This document shows positions 29,497 through 32,000 of a stretch of DNA of 32,000 nucleotides, piece by piece. The stretch is from contig NC_007969.1 in assembly GCF_000013905.1 (NCBI RefSeq), positions 210,001-242,000 on the forward strand. The letters are read 5' to 3'. Every line of letters begins with the position of its first letter. Position 1 is the stretch's first letter. Source of the stretch: Psychrobacter cryohalolentis K5 (GTDB taxonomy: Bacteria; Pseudomonadota; Gammaproteobacteria; Pseudomonadales; Moraxellaceae). The position numbers were made by a program, and so were the translations under genes. The notes beneath the pieces are model-generated. The model ran no database searches. It worked only from the letters and a program-made list of their open reading frames with translations, and was not told the origin of the DNA.

Positions 29497-31464
29497 ATGA
29501 CTCAAAAATCATTTCCCATTGCGCCTGAATTCCTCGCCGCAGCCAATATTACCGCCGAACAGTATGCTGAACAATATAAGCAATCAATTGCGTCACCTGA
29601 GGCGACAGATGCCTTTTGGGCGGAGCGTGCCGAGCTGATTGATTGGATAAAAAAGCCCACCAAAATCAGCGACGTCAGCTACGACTTAGAAGACTTTCGC
29701 ATTAAATGGTTTGAGGATGGCGAGCTGAATATTTCAGTCAACTGTCTGGATCGCCACGTCAGAAATAATCCCTATAAGCCTGCCATTATTTGGGAAGGCG
29801 ATCATCCTTCCTTGCATAAAATCATATCATTTAAAGAACTGCATGAAGCCGTTTGTCGCTTAGGTAATGCCATGCGCAAGCTTGGGGTCAAAAAGGGCGA
29901 CCGCGTTACCTTATATATGCCGATGATACCGGAAGCGATGGTTGCCATGCTGGCGTGTACGCGTATTGGCGCCGTGCATTCGGTGGTCTTTGGCGGTTTT
30001 TCCGCTGAGAGCTTGGGTAATCGTATCATTGATAGTCAGTCTAAGCTGGTCATTACCGCTGATGAAGGTATTCGTGGTAACAAGCGTACGCCACTCAAGG
30101 CTAATGTCGATCGCGCGCTAGATATGGATGGCACTGACAGTGTCAGTAATGTCATCGTCGTCCATCGTACAGGCAATTCAGTACCGATGAGTGGTCGCCG
30201 TGATATCTGGTATCACAGCTTGGTCGATGGTGAGTCGCAGCACTGCGAACCTGAAGTTATGAATGCAGAAGACCCACTGTTTTTATTATATACCTCTGGT
30301 TCAACAGGCAAGCCCAAAGGCGTGTTGCACACCACAGGCGGTTATATCACTTATGCGCTGTCCACGTTTCGTGATGTTTTTGATATCAAAGAGGATGATG
30401 TGTATTGGTGTACCGCAGACGTCGGTTGGGTGACAGGTCATACTTATGCCACTTACGCACCGCTTGCTAATGGCACCACGACCGTTATGTTTGAGGGCGT
30501 GCCAGAGTATCCGACATGGGCACGCATTGGGCATATCATCGATAAGCACCAAATTACTGTCTTGTATACTGCACCGACCGCTATCCGCGCCATGATGAAA
30601 GAGGGCGATACCTTTGTACGTGAATCGGATCGCTCAAGTTTGCGCTTACTTGGGACGGTTGGTGAGCCAATTAATCCTGAAGCATGGGACTGGTACTATC
30701 ATGTCGTCGGTGGCAGCAAGTGTCCGGTTGTCGATACTTGGTGGCAGACAGAAACGGGCGGTATTATGCTCGCGCCAATACCGGGGACGGTCGCAATGAA
30801 GCCGGGCGCGGCGATGAATCCTCTATATGGTATCGTCCCTGAAGTCATTGATACTGACGGCGTTGCGCTTGAAGGTGCTGCTGAGGGTAATTTGGTAATT
30901 AATAGTAGCTGGCCCGGTCAGATGCGTACCATTTATCAAGACCACGCGCGCTTTTTAACGACGTATTTTACCGAATATCCCGGCTATTATTTTACCGGTG
31001 ATGGGGTACAGCGTGATGAAGATGGTCACTATTGGATTACCGGTCGTGTCGACGATGTGCTCAATGTGTCAGGACATAGACTGGGCACAGCAGAAATTGA
31101 AAGCTCGATCGTTGCACACCCAGCGACGGCAGAGGCAGCTGTCGTAGGAATGCCACACGATATACGTGGCATGGGAATTTGCGCCTTTGTTATCTTAAAG
31201 TCGAGTGAGACGGCAACTGAATCACTAAAATCGGAGTTAAACCGCCATGTGCGCTCTGAGATTGGTCCGATTGCCAATCTAGATGCCATCTATATGGTTA
31301 ATGTACTACCTAAAACCCGCTCTGGTAAAATCATGCGCCGTATTTTGCGTAGTCTAGCGGCAGGACAGTATGTTGGATTGGGTGATTTATCTACCCTAGC
31401 TGACAGCTCAGTTATTAACGAGCTGGTCGAAGTGGTTAAAACCGAACGGGCAAAATCACATTGA
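29497..31464 (+). CDS. acs: Acetyl-CoA synthetase (AMP-forming)
   Basis: 655 aa from the ATG at 29497, with AAGGA 8 nt upstream. The track's ATG at 29488 overlaps the Shine-Dalgarno. [20 protein letters not shown] and the [11 protein letters not shown] lysine motif are collinear with E. coli Acs. Confidence 0.96.
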   Translation: MTQKSFPIAPEFLAAANITAEQYAEQYKQSIASPEATDAFWAERAELIDWIKKPTKISDVSYDLEDFRIKWFEDGELNISVNCLDRHVRNNPYKPAIIWEGDHPSLHKIISFKELHEAVCRLGNAMRKLGVKKGDRVTLYMPMIPEAMVAMLACTRIGAVHSVVFGGFSAESLGNRIIDSQSKLVITADEGIRGNKRTPLKANVDRALDMDGTDSVSNVIVVHRTGNSVPMSGRRDIWYHSLVDGESQHCEPEVMNAEDPLFLLYTSGSTGKPKGVLHTTGGYITYALSTFRDVFDIKEDDVYWCTADVGWVTGHTYATYAPLANGTTTVMFEGVPEYPTWARIGHIIDKHQITVLYTAPTAIRAMMKEGDTFVRESDRSSLRLLGTVGEPINPEAWDWYYHVVGGSKCPVVDTWWQTETGGIMLAPIPGTVAMKPGAAMNPLYGIVPEVIDTDGVALEGAAEGNLVINSSWPGQMRTIYQDHARFLTTYFTEYPGYYFTGDGVQRDEDGHYWITGRVDDVLNVSGHRLGTAEIESSIVAHPATAEAAVVGMPHDIRGMGICAFVILKSSETATESLKSELNRHVRSEIGPIANLDAIYMVNVLPKTRSGKIMRRILRSLAAGQYVGLGDLSTLADSSVINELVEVVKTERAKSH

Positions 31465-31522
31465 TTGTTCAATATCAATAAAATTTGAATAGGGTCAATG
31501 CTTAAAAATGATTGGAAGCTGA

Positions 31523-31562
31523 GGTAAAAAGCCATGCTATAAAAGTAGCATGGCTTTTTACC
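31523..31562 (+). terminator. Intrinsic terminator of acs
   Basis: 17-bp stem GGTAAAAAGCCATGCTA (31523..31539) / TAGCATGGCTTTTTACC (31546..31562). The T-run is embedded in the descending arm. Confidence 0.85.
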
Positions 31563-31583
31563 GAGATATCATGGATATAGTCG

Positions 31584-31726
31584 GTCCTAAATAAAAGAAA
31601 TACAAACATTATAAAGTACTACTGGGGTTAATTTTTCTTGCTTGCTGTGCCTGCGCAGACAGAGGCTGCAAATAATTAACCCTAGTAGTTCTGTACCCTT
31701 TTAAAAATGGATTAACTATATTAGCA
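31584..31726. repeat. Intergenic imperfect-palindrome repeat, copy B (about 143 bp)
   Basis: Same family and orientation as 11287..11432. Its core stem is ACTACTGGGGTTAAT / ATTAACCCTAGTAGT. Confidence 0.8.
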
Positions 31727-31820
31727 GGCTTTAGAGGTTCAATATTTTTTAGAATAACCCCCTTACTTTCACCTGACTACTTACTATTTTGCTAAATATT
31801 TTATAAGGTTTATTGTCATT

Positions 31821-32000
31821 ATGACTGATTCTACTTTGCATACGACTGAACAATCCATACCAAAAATTGCGATTATTGGCGGGGGTTTGACTGGCTTATT
31901 TACGGCTACGTTATTGGAGCGCATTTTTATTGAAGCAAACGGTAAATCAGTATCACCTAAAATTACTATTTTTGAGAAATCCCGTAGCGTTGGTCGTTTA
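31821..32000 (+). CDS. FAD/NAD(P)-binding oxidoreductase, N-terminal 60 codons (possibly renalase-like); continues beyond the window
   Basis: ATG at 31821. The translation is MTDSTLHTTEQSIPKIAIIGGGLTGLFTATLLE...IFEKSRSVGRL, which has a GxGxxG dinucleotide fold followed by an EKSRxxGGR-like motif. Open to the window end. Confidence 0.65.
   Translation, partial: MTDSTLHTTEQSIPKIAIIGGGLTGLFTATLLERIFIEANGKSVSPKITIFEKSRSVGRL

Overview
This window looks like ordinary core chromosome of an AT-rich gammaproteobacterium. The gene order and protein sequences suggest a Moraxellaceae or Psychrobacter-like genome, but that is inference and was not searched. Its backbone is the conserved housekeeping block pth-rplY-prs-tRNA-Gln(x2)-ispE-lolB-TPR protein on the minus strand, divergent from hemA. 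The block is preceded by thiD (truncated at the window edge), tRNA-Ser, tRNA-Arg, an RDD membrane protein, a Ca2+/Na+ antiporter and panD. The second half is mixed metabolism:
- a class-V aminotransferase and a split YeeE/YedE pair
- an AMP-forming acyl-CoA synthetase divergent from fadH
- a serine hydrolase and lplA
- a stand-alone trpB-like gene followed by an EamA exporter
- an OYE reductase (nemA-like), a HI0933/YhiN-type flavoprotein and acs
- the first 60 codons of a Rossmann-fold oxidoreductase

I found no CRISPR array, transposase, integrase, rRNA or recognisable multi-gene defence or secretion system, and I cannot support a novel multi-gene system here. The items most worth a second look are:
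1. A roughly 35% GC single-gene islet (20510..21145) encoding an orphan 211-aa protein behind a perfect 12-bp palindrome.
2. A roughly 145-bp imperfect-palindrome intergenic repeat present twice (11287..11432 and 31584..31726).
3. A terminator-like hairpin plus U-run inside the rplY leader.
4. A divergent orphan trpB paired with an exporter.

All coordinates were counted by hand. All family assignments rest on motif recognition, not on database searches.
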